Source: Ignavibacteriota bacterium
GTDB lineage: Bacteria; Bacteroidota; Ignavibacteria; UBA10030; UBA6906
Reading direction: 5' to 3'
Length of the DNA: 64,000 nt
Assembly: GCA_963801355.1 (NCBI GenBank)
Contig: CAWDEM010000004.1
Coordinates: forward strand, 192,001 to 256,000
The translations under genes and the position numbers were made by a program. Of the stretch, positions 9,061-19,324 are shown in pieces (the stretch's first letter is position 1; each line of letters starts with the position of its first letter). The notes under the pieces were generated by a model. That model made no database searches, was not told where the DNA came from, and saw only the letters and a program-made list of their open reading frames with translations.

Positions 9061-11463
9061 ATGGCATCAGAAAAACACCAGCACAATGTCGCAGCCTCCG
9101 CTCCTCCGGAGAATATTCCGACCCGGCTGCCGGTGCTCCCGCTCCGCGACGTGGTCATCTATCCGTATATGATCTTCCCCGTTCTCGTCGGTCGCGAATC
9201 GTCTCTGCGCGCCGTCAATGAGGCCCTCGAGCGGCAGAAGTACATTTTCCTGGTGGCACAGAAGAGCTCCATCACGGAAGAACCGGGCATCGAAGAGATC
9301 TATCACGAGGGCACGGTTGCCAAGATCATTCAGATCCTGAAGCTGCCCAACGGGCTGATGAAGATTCTCGTTGACGGTGTGGTGCAGGCAAAAGTGGATC
9401 GCTTTGTCGCCAATCCCAAGTACCTCGAGGCCGATGTGGTGCTTGCGTCACTCCCGGTGGTGGTCGATTCCGAGCTGGATGCCCTGCTGCGGCACACGGC
9501 GACGCTCTTCGCGGAGTACGTACACCTCAACCGGAACGTCCCCAGCGAGGTTCTCGTGGCCTTTGAGAATACCCGCGAGGCACTCCGCCGGATGTTCTAC
9601 ATCGCTGCAAACATTCTCCAGTCGGTCGAGGTCAAACAGCGCATCCTCCAGCTCACCTCCATACGTGAGCAGCTTCACGAACTCATCCGCATCCTCAACT
9701 CCGAAAACGACGTCCTCAAGATCGAAAAAGAGATTGACACCAAGGTACACGACAACATCGCCAAATCGCAGCGTAAGTTCTTCATTCAGGAACAGATCCG
9801 CATCCTGCAGGACGAACTCGGCGACGAAGAGACCTCGCCGGAGCTTCTGAAGTTGAAGGAGGACCTGAAGAAGTGCCGGATGCCGAAAGCGGTGGAAGAG
9901 AAGGCGATGGAGGAGTATGTCAAACTCAAGAAGACACCCTCCATGTCGCCGGAGTCCACGGTGATCAGAAGCTATCTCGACTGGATGATCAACGTCCCGT
10001 GGTACAAGAGGACCAAAGACAAGCTCAACGTGGAGCATGTCAAAAAGATCCTGGATGACGATCATTTCGGCCTCGAGAAGCCGAAGGAACGGATTCTGGA
10101 GCATATTGCCGTACTCAACCTCGTGCGGGAAATGAAGGGGCAGATTCTCTGCTTTGTCGGCCCCCCCGGGGTGGGCAAGACGTCACTGGCGAAATCCATT
10201 GCCCGTGCGCTGGGACGCACGCTGGTGCGCATTTCACTCGGGGGTGTCCGCGATGAGGCGGAAATACGCGGACACCGTCGTACGTACATTGGATCGATGC
10301 CGGGGAAAATCGTGCAGTCGATGCGGCGCGCCGGCGTCATTAATCCCCTGATGTTGCTGGATGAGGTCGACAAAATGAGTATGGACTTCCGCGGCGATCC
10401 TTCCGCGGCAATGCTGGAGGTCCTTGATCCCGAACAGAATGTCGCATTCAATGATCACTATCTGGACGTCGACTACGACCTGTCGCACGTCATGTTCATC
10501 ACGACGGCAAATGTACGCTATGCTATCCCGCTGCCGTTGCAGGATCGCATGGAGATTATCGAGCTCCCGGGATACCTGCAACACGACAAGATGGAGATCG
10601 CCCGCCGTCACATCATCCCGAAACAGCTGGCGGAACACGGGCTGCAGGACCGCAATATCGTGATCACAGACGCGGCGATCACCAAGGTGATCACGGAGTA
10701 CACCCGGGAAGCGGGCGTCCGGAACCTGGAACGGGAAATTGCGTCGCTCTGCCGTAAAGTGGCAAAAGACATTGTCGCGGCGAAGCAGAAGAAGTCCAAG
10801 CGGAGCAAGGGTGAATTCACGGTGGATGAGGATCTGGTCGAGAAGTATCTCGGTGTGCCGCGGTTCCGCAACAGGCAACGTTCAGAAGAGCGCCGCGTGG
10901 GTTCGGTGACCGGGTTGGCGTGGACCAGCGTGGGCGGCGATATCCTCCATGTCGATGTGAGCGTCATGCGCGGTGCGGAGAAGCTGACATTGACCGGACA
11001 GCTTGGCGACGTCATGAAGGAATCGGCACAGGCGGCGTTGAGCTACCTGCGGTCGCATGCAAAACAGCTGCATCTGCCCGAGACGTTCTTCAAGGGAAGA
11101 GAGATTCACGTGCATCTGCCGGAAGGCGCCATTCCCAAGGACGGACCCTCCGCCGGTATTACCATGGCGCTGGCCATGTATTCGGCGATCAGCGGAAGGT
11201 CAGCCCGGTCCGATGTCGCCATGACCGGCGAGATTACGCTCCGCGGTGAAGTACTCAGCATCGGCGGTCTGAACGAAAAGCTCCTCGCGGCACAGCGGAG
11301 CGGCATCGGCACCGTGTTGATCCCGCAAGAAAACGTGAAGGACCTTCAGGAAATACCGGCAAGAGTGAAGGAAGGGTTGACACTTGTGCCAATCAGCCGG
11401 ATAGAAGAGGCCCTGCCCTATGTCTTCTCCGCCGCCCCACGGAAACGCAAAGCAACGTCCTGA
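9061..11463 (+). CDS. lon: ATP-dependent Lon protease (LonA)
   Basis: LPVLPLRD N-domain, Walker [10 protein letters not shown], Walker B LLDEVD, catalytic KDGPSAG and GLNEK. Confidence 0.98.
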   Translation: MASEKHQHNVAASAPPENIPTRLPVLPLRDVVIYPYMIFPVLVGRESSLRAVNEALERQKYIFLVAQKSSITEEPGIEEIYHEGTVAKIIQILKLPNGLMKILVDGVVQAKVDRFVANPKYLEADVVLASLPVVVDSELDALLRHTATLFAEYVHLNRNVPSEVLVAFENTREALRRMFYIAANILQSVEVKQRILQLTSIREQLHELIRILNSENDVLKIEKEIDTKVHDNIAKSQRKFFIQEQIRILQDELGDEETSPELLKLKEDLKKCRMPKAVEEKAMEEYVKLKKTPSMSPESTVIRSYLDWMINVPWYKRTKDKLNVEHVKKILDDDHFGLEKPKERILEHIAVLNLVREMKGQILCFVGPPGVGKTSLAKSIARALGRTLVRISLGGVRDEAEIRGHRRTYIGSMPGKIVQSMRRAGVINPLMLLDEVDKMSMDFRGDPSAAMLEVLDPEQNVAFNDHYLDVDYDLSHVMFITTANVRYAIPLPLQDRMEIIELPGYLQHDKMEIARRHIIPKQLAEHGLQDRNIVITDAAITKVITEYTREAGVRNLEREIASLCRKVAKDIVAAKQKKSKRSKGEFTVDEDLVEKYLGVPRFRNRQRSEERRVGSVTGLAWTSVGGDILHVDVSVMRGAEKLTLTGQLGDVMKESAQAALSYLRSHAKQLHLPETFFKGREIHVHLPEGAIPKDGPSAGITMALAMYSAISGRSARSDVAMTGEITLRGEVLSIGGLNEKLLAAQRSGIGTVLIPQENVKDLQEIPARVKEGLTLVPISRIEEALPYVFSAAPRKRKATS

Positions 11464-11478
11464 CAACGCGACCTCCTC

Positions 11479-13107
11479 ATGAGTGAATTCATCGTTACGG
11501 CGCGCAAATGGCGCCCTATGAAATTCGAAGATGTCGTGGGGCAACGACACGTCATCGTGACACTTCGCAACGCCCTGTCGACGGGACGCATTGCCCATGC
11601 GTATATCTTCAGCGGACCCCGGGGCGTCGGCAAGACCACGACTGCGCGCCTGCTGGCGAAAGCGGTGAATTGCCTTTCACCGGTTGATCTGAACCCCGAC
11701 AACGCATGCGAAATCTGCACGGAGATCACCGAAGGGCGTTCGTTCGACGTGCAGGAAATTGACGGGGCTTCGAATCGCAGCGTCGAAGATATACGCAATC
11801 TCCGCGAGGCGGTGCGCTATGCGCCGGTCAAGGGCCGCTACAAAGTGTATATCATCGACGAAGTGCATATGCTGACGAAGGAGGCGTTCAACGCGCTTCT
11901 GAAGACTCTGGAAGAACCCCCGCCCCACATCCTGTTCATCTTTGCCACCACAGAGCTCCAAAAGGTCCCGGCCACAATCCTCTCGCGCTGCCAGCGCTTT
12001 GACTTCCGGCGCATTCCGACAGGTGAGATTCACCGGAACCTTGCAGGTATCGCCCGGCACGAAGACCTCGCGGTGGAGGACGAAGCATTGCTCCTGATCG
12101 CACGGCGCGCTGACGGCTCGCTTCGCGATGCCCAGAGCCTGTTTGACCAGGTGATCGCCCTCTGCGGCCGCACGGTAACCCATGCGGCAATGCTGGATGC
12201 GCTCAATATCGTCGACGAGGACTATTTCTTCCGCGTGACATCGCTGATGGGGACACAGGATCCTGCAGGAGGTCTCGCCCTCGTGGAGGACCTGATGAGT
12301 CACGGGTACGACCTCCGTGAATTTCTGGTCGGCCTGATTGAACATTTCCGGAATCTCCTCGTGGCCAAGGCCACGGGCAAACTCGAGCTGATTGATGCCT
12401 CCGACGTCATGCGGAAACGGTACGGGGAGGTCGCAGCCCAATTCTCCATCGGCGACCTTCTGCGCGCACAGCGCCATGTCTGCGCGACCGAAATGAGCCT
12501 TTCCCGCACCGCCCAGGCCCGCTTCCGGCTTGAAGCAGATATCGTTCAGCTCGTGACCATGCCGCGGTCGGTGGACCTTACCATGCTAATCGAAGGGCTC
12601 GACGAGCTAAAAAAAAAACTGACCGGTGAACGGCAGCCTTCCCCACCCACTTCCACTTCCACTGAATCACCGGCGCACAGAATTCCCCTTGCGCCGCCTG
12701 TCTCTGCACCTCCGCGTGCGGTACCACCTCCGGTGTCTCCCGACAAACGTCCGGTTTCTTCCGCGGCGGTGAATGAAAACGAAGTCCGATCGCGGTGGAC
12801 GGAATTCGTCGCCGAGGTATCACGCGCCAAGATCTCCGTCGGCACGGTGCTGGGATCGACGACTTTCCTGGGTGTTCAGGAGGGTATCCTGCGGATCGGC
12901 TGTGTTGATGAGTTCCAGGTGGCTTCCGTGGAGCGCAATCGTGAAGTGCTGGCCGGAATTTTTCATGCGGTCTTTCACGTGCACCTGCGCGTTGCCGGAG
13001 AACGGATGGTATCGGCGGAGCCGACAGCGCTTTCCCCGGCTAAGGCTGATGATGAACATCCCATCATCAAAGCCCTCAAACGTGAGCTCGGTGCGGAGCC
13101 GATCTGA
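11479..13107 (+). CDS. dnaX: DNA polymerase III subunit gamma/tau
   Basis: ARKWRP, GPRGVGKTT, Zn cysteines, IDEVHML, LKTLEEPP, SRC motif; Pro-rich linker and C-terminal tau domain. Confidence 0.98.
   Translation: MSEFIVTARKWRPMKFEDVVGQRHVIVTLRNALSTGRIAHAYIFSGPRGVGKTTTARLLAKAVNCLSPVDLNPDNACEICTEITEGRSFDVQEIDGASNRSVEDIRNLREAVRYAPVKGRYKVYIIDEVHMLTKEAFNALLKTLEEPPPHILFIFATTELQKVPATILSRCQRFDFRRIPTGEIHRNLAGIARHEDLAVEDEALLLIARRADGSLRDAQSLFDQVIALCGRTVTHAAMLDALNIVDEDYFFRVTSLMGTQDPAGGLALVEDLMSHGYDLREFLVGLIEHFRNLLVAKATGKLELIDASDVMRKRYGEVAAQFSIGDLLRAQRHVCATEMSLSRTAQARFRLEADIVQLVTMPRSVDLTMLIEGLDELKKKLTGERQPSPPTSTSTESPAHRIPLAPPVSAPPRAVPPPVSPDKRPVSSAAVNENEVRSRWTEFVAEVSRAKISVGTVLGSTTFLGVQEGILRIGCVDEFQVASVERNREVLAGIFHAVFHVHLRVAGERMVSAEPTALSPAKADDEHPIIKALKRELGAEPI
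12609..12629 (+). other. Putative programmed slippage/frameshift site in dnaX (A10 run)
   Basis: CTA AAA AAA AAA CTG ACC GGT GAA; TGA at 12620-12622 in one shifted frame and at 12627-12629 in the other. Confidence 0.8.
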
Positions 13108-13157
13108 AGCACCCCTGTTGCATCCTGGTTTGAAGCACCCCCCGTCTCATCCCGGTT
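13105..13157. repeat. Tandem direct repeat, 26/27 bp, starting at the dnaX stop codon
   Basis: tgaagcacccctgttgcatcctggtt / tgaagcaccccccgtctcatcccggtt, followed by a T-rich tract. Confidence 0.7.
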
Positions 13158-13243
13158 TATTTTTTTCTCCCCTCGAAAAAGTCCCGCTCCCGGTGTAATA
13201 ACAGTTGAGCAGTGTTATCGTTCTTTTCGGCGCAGACCTCTAC

Positions 13244-13538
13244 GCCTGGTCGGTTGCGACAGCGGAATAGCCGCCCGGTCGGGTCGACGACGGCGCAGAG
13301 GATGTCGTGTTTCCCGTTCCCCCGGGATCCGTTTTTCGTGGCACCCTCGTGCAGTATCCCCCGTCAGCGGTCGTTGCGGGCGAGCGCGGGCCGGGGATCA
13401 GGGCGCGGAACGAGGGGACCGGGATGCGGATGAACGGTGTGCAGCGGGAAACACCTCCGCGCCGAATGTGTACCGGGACAGCCGGAGGCACAACGCCTGA
13501 ACCGCGGCGGGTTCGGGGTGCTGGAGCCCCCGGCTCCC
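13244..13538 (+). ncRNA. Candidate structured non-coding RNA (long irregular rod, 6S-like in size; identity unknown)
   Basis: Nested pairings 13291-13300/13455-13464, 13307-13316/13445-13454, 13329-13340/13425-13437, 13344-13350/13410-13416, 13356-13361/13393-13398, plus two 3' hairpins; G-U pairs mostly favour the + strand. Confidence 0.45.
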
Positions 13539-13543
13539 GGCGC

Positions 13544-13572
13544 TTGATTCTTTAGCGGGTTTTTGGGATACT
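13544..13572 (+). promoter_or_regulatory. Putative sigma70 promoter of the PorV-family gene
   Basis: TTGATT-17 nt-GATACT with extended TGn. Confidence 0.5.
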
Positions 13573-13612
13573 GTCTCTGGAAGCTGGCGTGATGACAAGC
13601 AGCGGGAGACAT

Positions 13613-14638
13613 ATGAGATACGGGATGCTGGTCGTGCTCCTCGTTCTCGCGCAATGGGCGGCGGCGGGGACAGGTGTGGCAAAGTATGCAGGTGAGTTCA
13701 TCTCGCTGGGTGTCGGAGGCCGTGCGCTCGGATTGGGTGGAGCGTATGTGGCGCTCGGGAACGACGTCACCGCCGGCTATTGGAATCCCGCCGGCCTCGC
13801 CCGGATTTCCTACCCCCAAATCACATTGATGCACGACGAACGCTTCGGCAGTCTGGTGAACTATGACTACGGCGCCGTGGCGTTCCCCTTCGGAGCACAA
13901 TCCAGCATCGGTGTCAGCCTGTTGCGTCTCGGGGTGGATGACATCCCGGACACGCGCAATGCCGGTGTGGACATCAACGGCAATCTTACCTACGATCCCT
14001 CTCAGTTCAGCCGGGTCGATCCCAACCGTGTCATGTACTTCAATGCGGCTGACTGGGCGCTGTATGTGTCGTACGCCCGTGCGTATTCGGAGGATTTTTC
14101 GTACGGTGCAAATGTGAAACTGATCCGCCGCGAGCTGGGCGATCACGGCGCCACGGGTATCGGCGTCGACATCGGCGTGTGGTACACGCCTTTTGAGAAC
14201 CTGCTCCTTGGTGCGAACTTCCAGGATGTGACGACAACGTTCCTTGCGTGGGATACCGGAACCAACGAACTGATTTCGCCGACGCTGAAAGTCGGTTCGG
14301 CCTATCTCATCGAGGCCTTCGGTGGCCGTTTTGCACCTGCGATGGATTTTGACATCCGTTTTGAAAACCGCCGGACGGCGTCGCTGGCGCACCTGGGACC
14401 TGTGAGTGTTGACCTCCACACGGGGATGGAGTACCAGTTCAAAGACTTGATCGCTCTGCGTGTGGGGTACAGCGACATCAAACAACTTACGCTGGGTGCG
14501 GGTGTGCATCTCCCCAAGCTGAACATCGACTACTCATTCATGAGATTCGATCAGGCCGATAACATGGATACCCACCGTATATCCATGACGTTCACGCTGG
14601 AATCAGAGGAATTCCAGAGGGTCCCCGACGCCGAGTAG
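13613..14638 (+). CDS. PorV/PorQ (UPF0164) family outer-membrane beta-barrel protein
   Basis: Signal peptide; EFISLGVGGRALGLGGAYVA...YWNPAGL hatch motif; amphipathic strands; C-terminal THRISMTF. Confidence 0.85.
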   Translation: MRYGMLVVLLVLAQWAAAGTGVAKYAGEFISLGVGGRALGLGGAYVALGNDVTAGYWNPAGLARISYPQITLMHDERFGSLVNYDYGAVAFPFGAQSSIGVSLLRLGVDDIPDTRNAGVDINGNLTYDPSQFSRVDPNRVMYFNAADWALYVSYARAYSEDFSYGANVKLIRRELGDHGATGIGVDIGVWYTPFENLLLGANFQDVTTTFLAWDTGTNELISPTLKVGSAYLIEAFGGRFAPAMDFDIRFENRRTASLAHLGPVSVDLHTGMEYQFKDLIALRVGYSDIKQLTLGAGVHLPKLNIDYSFMRFDQADNMDTHRISMTFTLESEEFQRVPDAE

Positions 14639-14660
14639 CCGGTTGCCGTTGACTGCCCGC

Positions 14661-16871
14661 CTATTTGGTTGTCATCACGAACACGCCGTCCCAGTCGTCA
14701 GGCGGAGGTTGCTGCCGGTAGGTGTGAGCCCGCTCAAGATGGAGTTGTGTGGGATAGTCGTGCGGCTGTATCGCGAGAGCCGCCTCAAAGGCTGTGCAGG
14801 CCTCCTGCCAGTGGCGTGAAAAATACGCCGCCATGCCCTCTGCGTAGTATGTCAGGAAGCGTTCCAACGCATCGGTGGTCTCCTCCCCTTTCATTCCCAT
14901 CAGTTCATACACGCGCACCGGTTCACGCCTTCCCCGTACGGTAATGCGGTCCAGCTCGCGGCCGACAATTTCGTTTCTGACGAGTTCAAAGGTGCGATGC
15001 GCCACCATGATACCTGTACGGTACTCGCGGTTTGCGCCTTCAAGCCGGGACGCGAGGTTGACGCTGTCGCCGATCACCGTATAGGCGAATTTGCCGGTCG
15101 CACCCATGTTTCCGACAACCATGTCGCCGGTATTGAGACCGATGCGTATGCGGAGCGGCAACCTGTTGAGTTTTTGCCACTCGGCGTTCAGCTGCACAGT
15201 GCTGTGCTGCATTTGCAGCGCCGTCGTGCACGCACGCAGCGCATGATCATCCTGGGGAATCGGGGCTCCCCAGAAGGCCATGATGGCATCCCCTTCATAT
15301 TTGTCCAGCGTCCCGTCATTCTGGAAAATCAGGCCCGACATCACACTGAAGTACTCATTGAGAATGCTCACCAGGCTTTCCGGCGGGAGATGTTCGGACA
15401 TGGCCGTGAAGCCTTCGATGTCGCTGAACAACACCGTCAGCTCCTCGCGCCGTCCGCCGAGCACCAAGCGCTCGGGGTGAGCGACGAGCTCGTCGACCAG
15501 GGAGGGGTTGACATAGGTGCTGAACATGGACTTGATGAGCATGCGTTCCCTGCGCTCGACGACGAGATGGTAGGTCGTGCTCATCACATACCCGCCGAGC
15601 ACGGCGAGAATGGGGCTCACCACCGCCATGACATAATCAAAGCGGATGAAGACAAATAGCGCCACGCCGACAATGATCACGATCTCGGCCATCGTGAACA
15701 GAAACCCCAGAAGTCCGACCAGCAGATGATACCGGGTTTGCACGTCGCGCAGCAGCGACGTCGCGATGAGTGTGACGAGCACCAGGAACAGTATGACCAG
15801 CGATTCTGAGAAGGGCGACTGCACCGTAAGAAACGAATTCCGGAGAATGCTCTCGATCACATTGGCATGGATTTCGACACCATACATCAGGTTGTCGCGC
15901 TTCTGCACCCCGCGGGCGATAGCAACGGGAAAAAGGTCTTTGTACTCCGGGACCGTCACGCCCACGAGGACGATTTTGCCTGCAAAGGTGCTGTCGTGGA
16001 GATATCCGTAAAACGGATCACTGAACGTATTGATATCCTGCGATAGGGTCTTCTCGTCGAGCGTTTTCAGGGTCTCGTCGTCAATGACATCATGAAAGCG
16101 GATATGCGGGAATGTTCCGTTGGGCCCCGCCAGGTTGATGAGAAATGATCCGGCGTCATACCGCGGGATGGTGCGCCCGGCGTAGAGGAACCCGTCACCC
16201 TGCGCCACGGGAACAGTGTGCGGTGGCAGCTGCAGGGCTTTGTTCAAGACCGCGAAGGCCAGTGTGGGAACAGCAATCTCGGTGCCGCCCGAATCAATCA
16301 CAAACAACGTGTTGTACGTCCGGAACACACCATCCGCATCATTACGGATATTCACCAGGCCTAAGGAGGGATCGACCGTATAGAAGACGTTGCTGAAGTT
16401 CTCGTCGGCAGAGGAGGTCACATAGACATCACTGTCGGCTTCGCGTTTGCCGGCCAGAACGGCAATCCCGGTTTCGCGGATGGCGTGTGCGAGAGCCGAG
16501 TCATTGGCAGGCGAATACAAATCCGGACCGGTGAACAACAGATCGATCCCCACGGCGCGGGCGCCCGCGGCCTTGAGATTGCGCAGCAGATGGGCATAGT
16601 GTGCACGTGGCCAGGGAAACCGTTCCGGAAAATTCCGGAACGTATCTTCGGAAATCTCGACGATGACCACATGCGGGGAGTCTTTCACCGCGGCATTGGA
16701 TCCACGCATCTGGAAGCGGTAGTCGATCGTGGCGAGCTCGATGCGCTGGACCACGCCCAGCCGCATCACACGCACCTGTGTCAGGACGATGATCAATGCC
16801 GCCATCCCGAACGCCAGACCGAAGCGTGTCAACCAGCCGCGTTGACCAATCGTGAGCCGGATTGCTGGCAT
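14661..16871 (-). CDS. CHASE2-domain class III adenylate cyclase with C-terminal TPR-like tail
   Basis: CHASE2 motifs FPWPR, GARAVGID, DADGVFR, YGVEIHAN; 3 TM helices; catalytic FSDIEGFT, DKYEGD, YTVIGDSVNLASRLE; ends PPPDDWDGVF. Confidence 0.95.
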   Translation of the reverse strand: MPAIRLTIGQRGWLTRFGLAFGMAALIIVLTQVRVMRLGVVQRIELATIDYRFQMRGSNAAVKDSPHVVIVEISEDTFRNFPERFPWPRAHYAHLLRNLKAAGARAVGIDLLFTGPDLYSPANDSALAHAIRETGIAVLAGKREADSDVYVTSSADENFSNVFYTVDPSLGLVNIRNDADGVFRTYNTLFVIDSGGTEIAVPTLAFAVLNKALQLPPHTVPVAQGDGFLYAGRTIPRYDAGSFLINLAGPNGTFPHIRFHDVIDDETLKTLDEKTLSQDINTFSDPFYGYLHDSTFAGKIVLVGVTVPEYKDLFPVAIARGVQKRDNLMYGVEIHANVIESILRNSFLTVQSPFSESLVILFLVLVTLIATSLLRDVQTRYHLLVGLLGFLFTMAEIVIIVGVALFVFIRFDYVMAVVSPILAVLGGYVMSTTYHLVVERRERMLIKSMFSTYVNPSLVDELVAHPERLVLGGRREELTVLFSDIEGFTAMSEHLPPESLVSILNEYFSVMSGLIFQNDGTLDKYEGDAIMAFWGAPIPQDDHALRACTTALQMQHSTVQLNAEWQKLNRLPLRIRIGLNTGDMVVGNMGATGKFAYTVIGDSVNLASRLEGANREYRTGIMVAHRTFELVRNEIVGRELDRITVRGRREPVRVYELMGMKGEETTDALERFLTYYAEGMAAYFSRHWQEACTAFEAALAIQPHDYPTQLHLERAHTYRQQPPPDDWDGVFVMTTK

Positions 16872-16882
16872 CGCCTCCCGCC

Positions 16883-19315
16883 CTAAATGGTGACCCGGTA
16901 GCGCAGATTGACGATGCTGTCATTCATGCCATCGTCGGTGCGGAAATATGTGCCCTGCATCTGGAAGCTCATATCGGGTCTGACGTACCATTCCACCCCC
17001 AGATCAACGGCTGTGCGCCGGTAATCGCCGAATGTCGGCGCAATGGTACCGGTGAGCGTCAGCACTTCCCTGATCAGCGCATAGCGTCCCATAAGGGAAA
17101 CCGCCGTGTAGTTCCAATCGACACTCTGGCCGGGAGCCCGGCTGACGGGCATGCTGTTCCTGTGCACCCCGACGCTCACGACTGTCTGCAGGGGTATTGC
17201 GTACTGTGTGGTGAGGCCGGCTTCACCCGAGAAACCTGAAAGGTTGTACTTGCGCACGGTTTCATCGGTGCGCTTCGAGGTGGAAAGACTGAGCGTGGCC
17301 GTGTGCCGCGCCGCCAGCTGAAAATCGTACGAGGTTTGCAGGTACAGGCGTACTGTCGCATCCAGGATTGCGGAGAGTGAATCCGGGCCGGCCGTGGACA
17401 GGCTGTTGTCATTGCTGTACTGCGAGAACCCCGCCGTCACCATCGGCATGTCAAGATGGGGAAACCATGTTGCGGCAACGTTGACATTCGAATATACCGT
17501 TGTCGCTACCTTGGTCTTCGCCGTGTTATCCTCTAATCGCTCGAAACCCAGCGTGAGGAACAGCTGATCGTCCAGCAGCCGGGCGCGGTCGGTCAATTGG
17601 ACGCCCCGGATGTCCGTCTGGAGAAAGGACTGGCCGAACGACGTATAATCGCTGCCGCGGAAGAGATACGTGGCATGGAAGGCGTTGCCAAAATACTCCA
17701 GACCGACGCCGACCTGGTACGCGAGCGTCGAAAGCCTCTTCAGCGACAGTGGCCGCAAATTATCGTTGACCGTGATAAAGCGGGTCAGAATGTCGCGAAC
17801 CGCCTTGATGGTCCCTGGATTGCTTTTGTAGACGGAATCGATGTATGCATCCGTGAAATTGCCGCTGCTGATATCTGCGTTGTAGGCCGTCAGGGCCGCC
17901 TGGCCGGTCAGCTCGACGCGATTGTTGTCAAACCTGGTCATGAAATCGGTGCCCAGTAGTATGTTCTCCTGGGGTTTCGTGCCGTTCCGGATGGAGCCGA
18001 CATCATCGCCGGAACTCAACCAGGAGAATCCCACTTCCCAGTCTTCCCTGTTTCCAATGCTGGGTCGGACCGCAAACAGCCTGCGTGCGTAGGTTCCGTA
18101 GGAGAATTTTCCCCAGGTCGTGCCGTCGATCCGGTTGAACGCCGCCGTCGAGTCGCGCCTGAATTCCAGGGTGAGGCTGTCGACAGGAAACGACGAAATG
18201 AGCGTCCCCTCGACGCTGCGTGTAACCTCACCCAGTGAGAGATCCAGGCCGAACACGCCGTACCTGACGTTCGTCTGCACACCACGCACGCGCTTGCCGT
18301 TGAGCACGAGCTCCGGCAGCGCGGGATAATGGTCTCCGTATCCAACGGCAAGCCAGGGAGTTTCCAGACCGACAAAGTAGCGGTGCTGGGGTTGCCGGTT
18401 ACTCTTCTCATCAGAAGTGAGAAACAGATTGCCGTTGAATTTCCATATATCCGTACGCCCGCTGAACAGCGCGGAGGCGCGATTGTACCAGATACCGGAA
18501 CTGCTGATGTCTTCGTGGCGCGATTCCACCTGAAGAGTTGCGTTGTAGTCAAAAGGCGGCCGGGGCATGGTCGACGAGAGCGGAGTCTCTGTGCCGGACT
18601 GGCGCACGAAGAACGTGAGCACCGAGGTGGCATGCAACCGTCCCATCCGATTGAAGAGGCCCACCTTGACCGTGTGCCGGCCCGGCGCGAGCCTGATGCC
18701 AAGATTCTCCGGCGCGAGAATCACCAGGTCACCACTGAAGAGAGCCCCTTTGGTGACGTTCGCATCGTCCAGTTTGATTTGGGTGGCCTGCTGTACCACC
18801 GCGGTGTCCGCCCGGAGCAGCGAAATGGAGATCAAGACATCGTCAGCACGCAGTACCTCGTTTGGATCCGGGCTCAAGAACAGTATCTGTTCTTGTGCGG
18901 CATCGCTGACGGGGATGCGCAAGAGTTGCGGGGGGGGCACGACAAGCGGATCACCGGCACCACTCCGGGGGTATGCCTCGCGGCGTCCGGCGGCATCAGA
19001 GAGAACAAGGTAGTACTCGACGAAGGGCGGAATAACGCTGGTGGCGGGGATGAGGAATGAAGCGGAGGATCCGCGAAGATCCATTTCCGCCCTCCGGAAC
19101 TCCCGCGTGCCAAAGGGCCGGTACAGCAGGAGGACCGTTGTTGCTGCATGTCCGTCACGCAGCGTGGCGGTGACCATAACGCTGGTCCGGGAAATTCCCT
19201 CACCCGCTGCAACGTCGGTAACAGATGAGGAAAGCTGCGCGCTGGCACCCCACACCGGAAGAAGAAAGAGCATTACCAGGACAGCAAACGGGGATGTGTT
19301 CATGCGTGCCGGCAT
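16883..19315 (-). CDS. Large exported protein: N-terminal Ig-like domains plus predicted outer-membrane beta-barrel
   Basis: Signal peptide; VEYYLVLSD and GRHTVKV Ig-like strands; C-terminal ~550 aa of amphipathic strands ending NLRYRVTI; start could be 19303. Confidence 0.65.
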   Translation of the reverse strand: MPARMNTSPFAVLVMLFLLPVWGASAQLSSSVTDVAAGEGISRTSVMVTATLRDGHAATTVLLLYRPFGTREFRRAEMDLRGSSASFLIPATSVIPPFVEYYLVLSDAAGRREAYPRSGAGDPLVVPPPQLLRIPVSDAAQEQILFLSPDPNEVLRADDVLISISLLRADTAVVQQATQIKLDDANVTKGALFSGDLVILAPENLGIRLAPGRHTVKVGLFNRMGRLHATSVLTFFVRQSGTETPLSSTMPRPPFDYNATLQVESRHEDISSSGIWYNRASALFSGRTDIWKFNGNLFLTSDEKSNRQPQHRYFVGLETPWLAVGYGDHYPALPELVLNGKRVRGVQTNVRYGVFGLDLSLGEVTRSVEGTLISSFPVDSLTLEFRRDSTAAFNRIDGTTWGKFSYGTYARRLFAVRPSIGNREDWEVGFSWLSSGDDVGSIRNGTKPQENILLGTDFMTRFDNNRVELTGQAALTAYNADISSGNFTDAYIDSVYKSNPGTIKAVRDILTRFITVNDNLRPLSLKRLSTLAYQVGVGLEYFGNAFHATYLFRGSDYTSFGQSFLQTDIRGVQLTDRARLLDDQLFLTLGFERLEDNTAKTKVATTVYSNVNVAATWFPHLDMPMVTAGFSQYSNDNSLSTAGPDSLSAILDATVRLYLQTSYDFQLAARHTATLSLSTSKRTDETVRKYNLSGFSGEAGLTTQYAIPLQTVVSVGVHRNSMPVSRAPGQSVDWNYTAVSLMGRYALIREVLTLTGTIAPTFGDYRRTAVDLGVEWYVRPDMSFQMQGTYFRTDDGMNDSIVNLRYRVTI

Positions 19316-19324
19316 CCCAGGATA

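Noticed and set aside
13200-13540. SRP RNA (ffs), tmRNA or RNase P RNA next to dnaX
   Set aside because: I found no SRP CAGG..GGAA..AGCAG loop, no tRNA-like ends with CCA, and no GAGGAAAGUCC on either strand
13212-13682. Short ORFs in the dnaX-PorV intergenic region
   Set aside because: Pro/Arg/Gly-rich low-information translations, no SD, mutually overlapping
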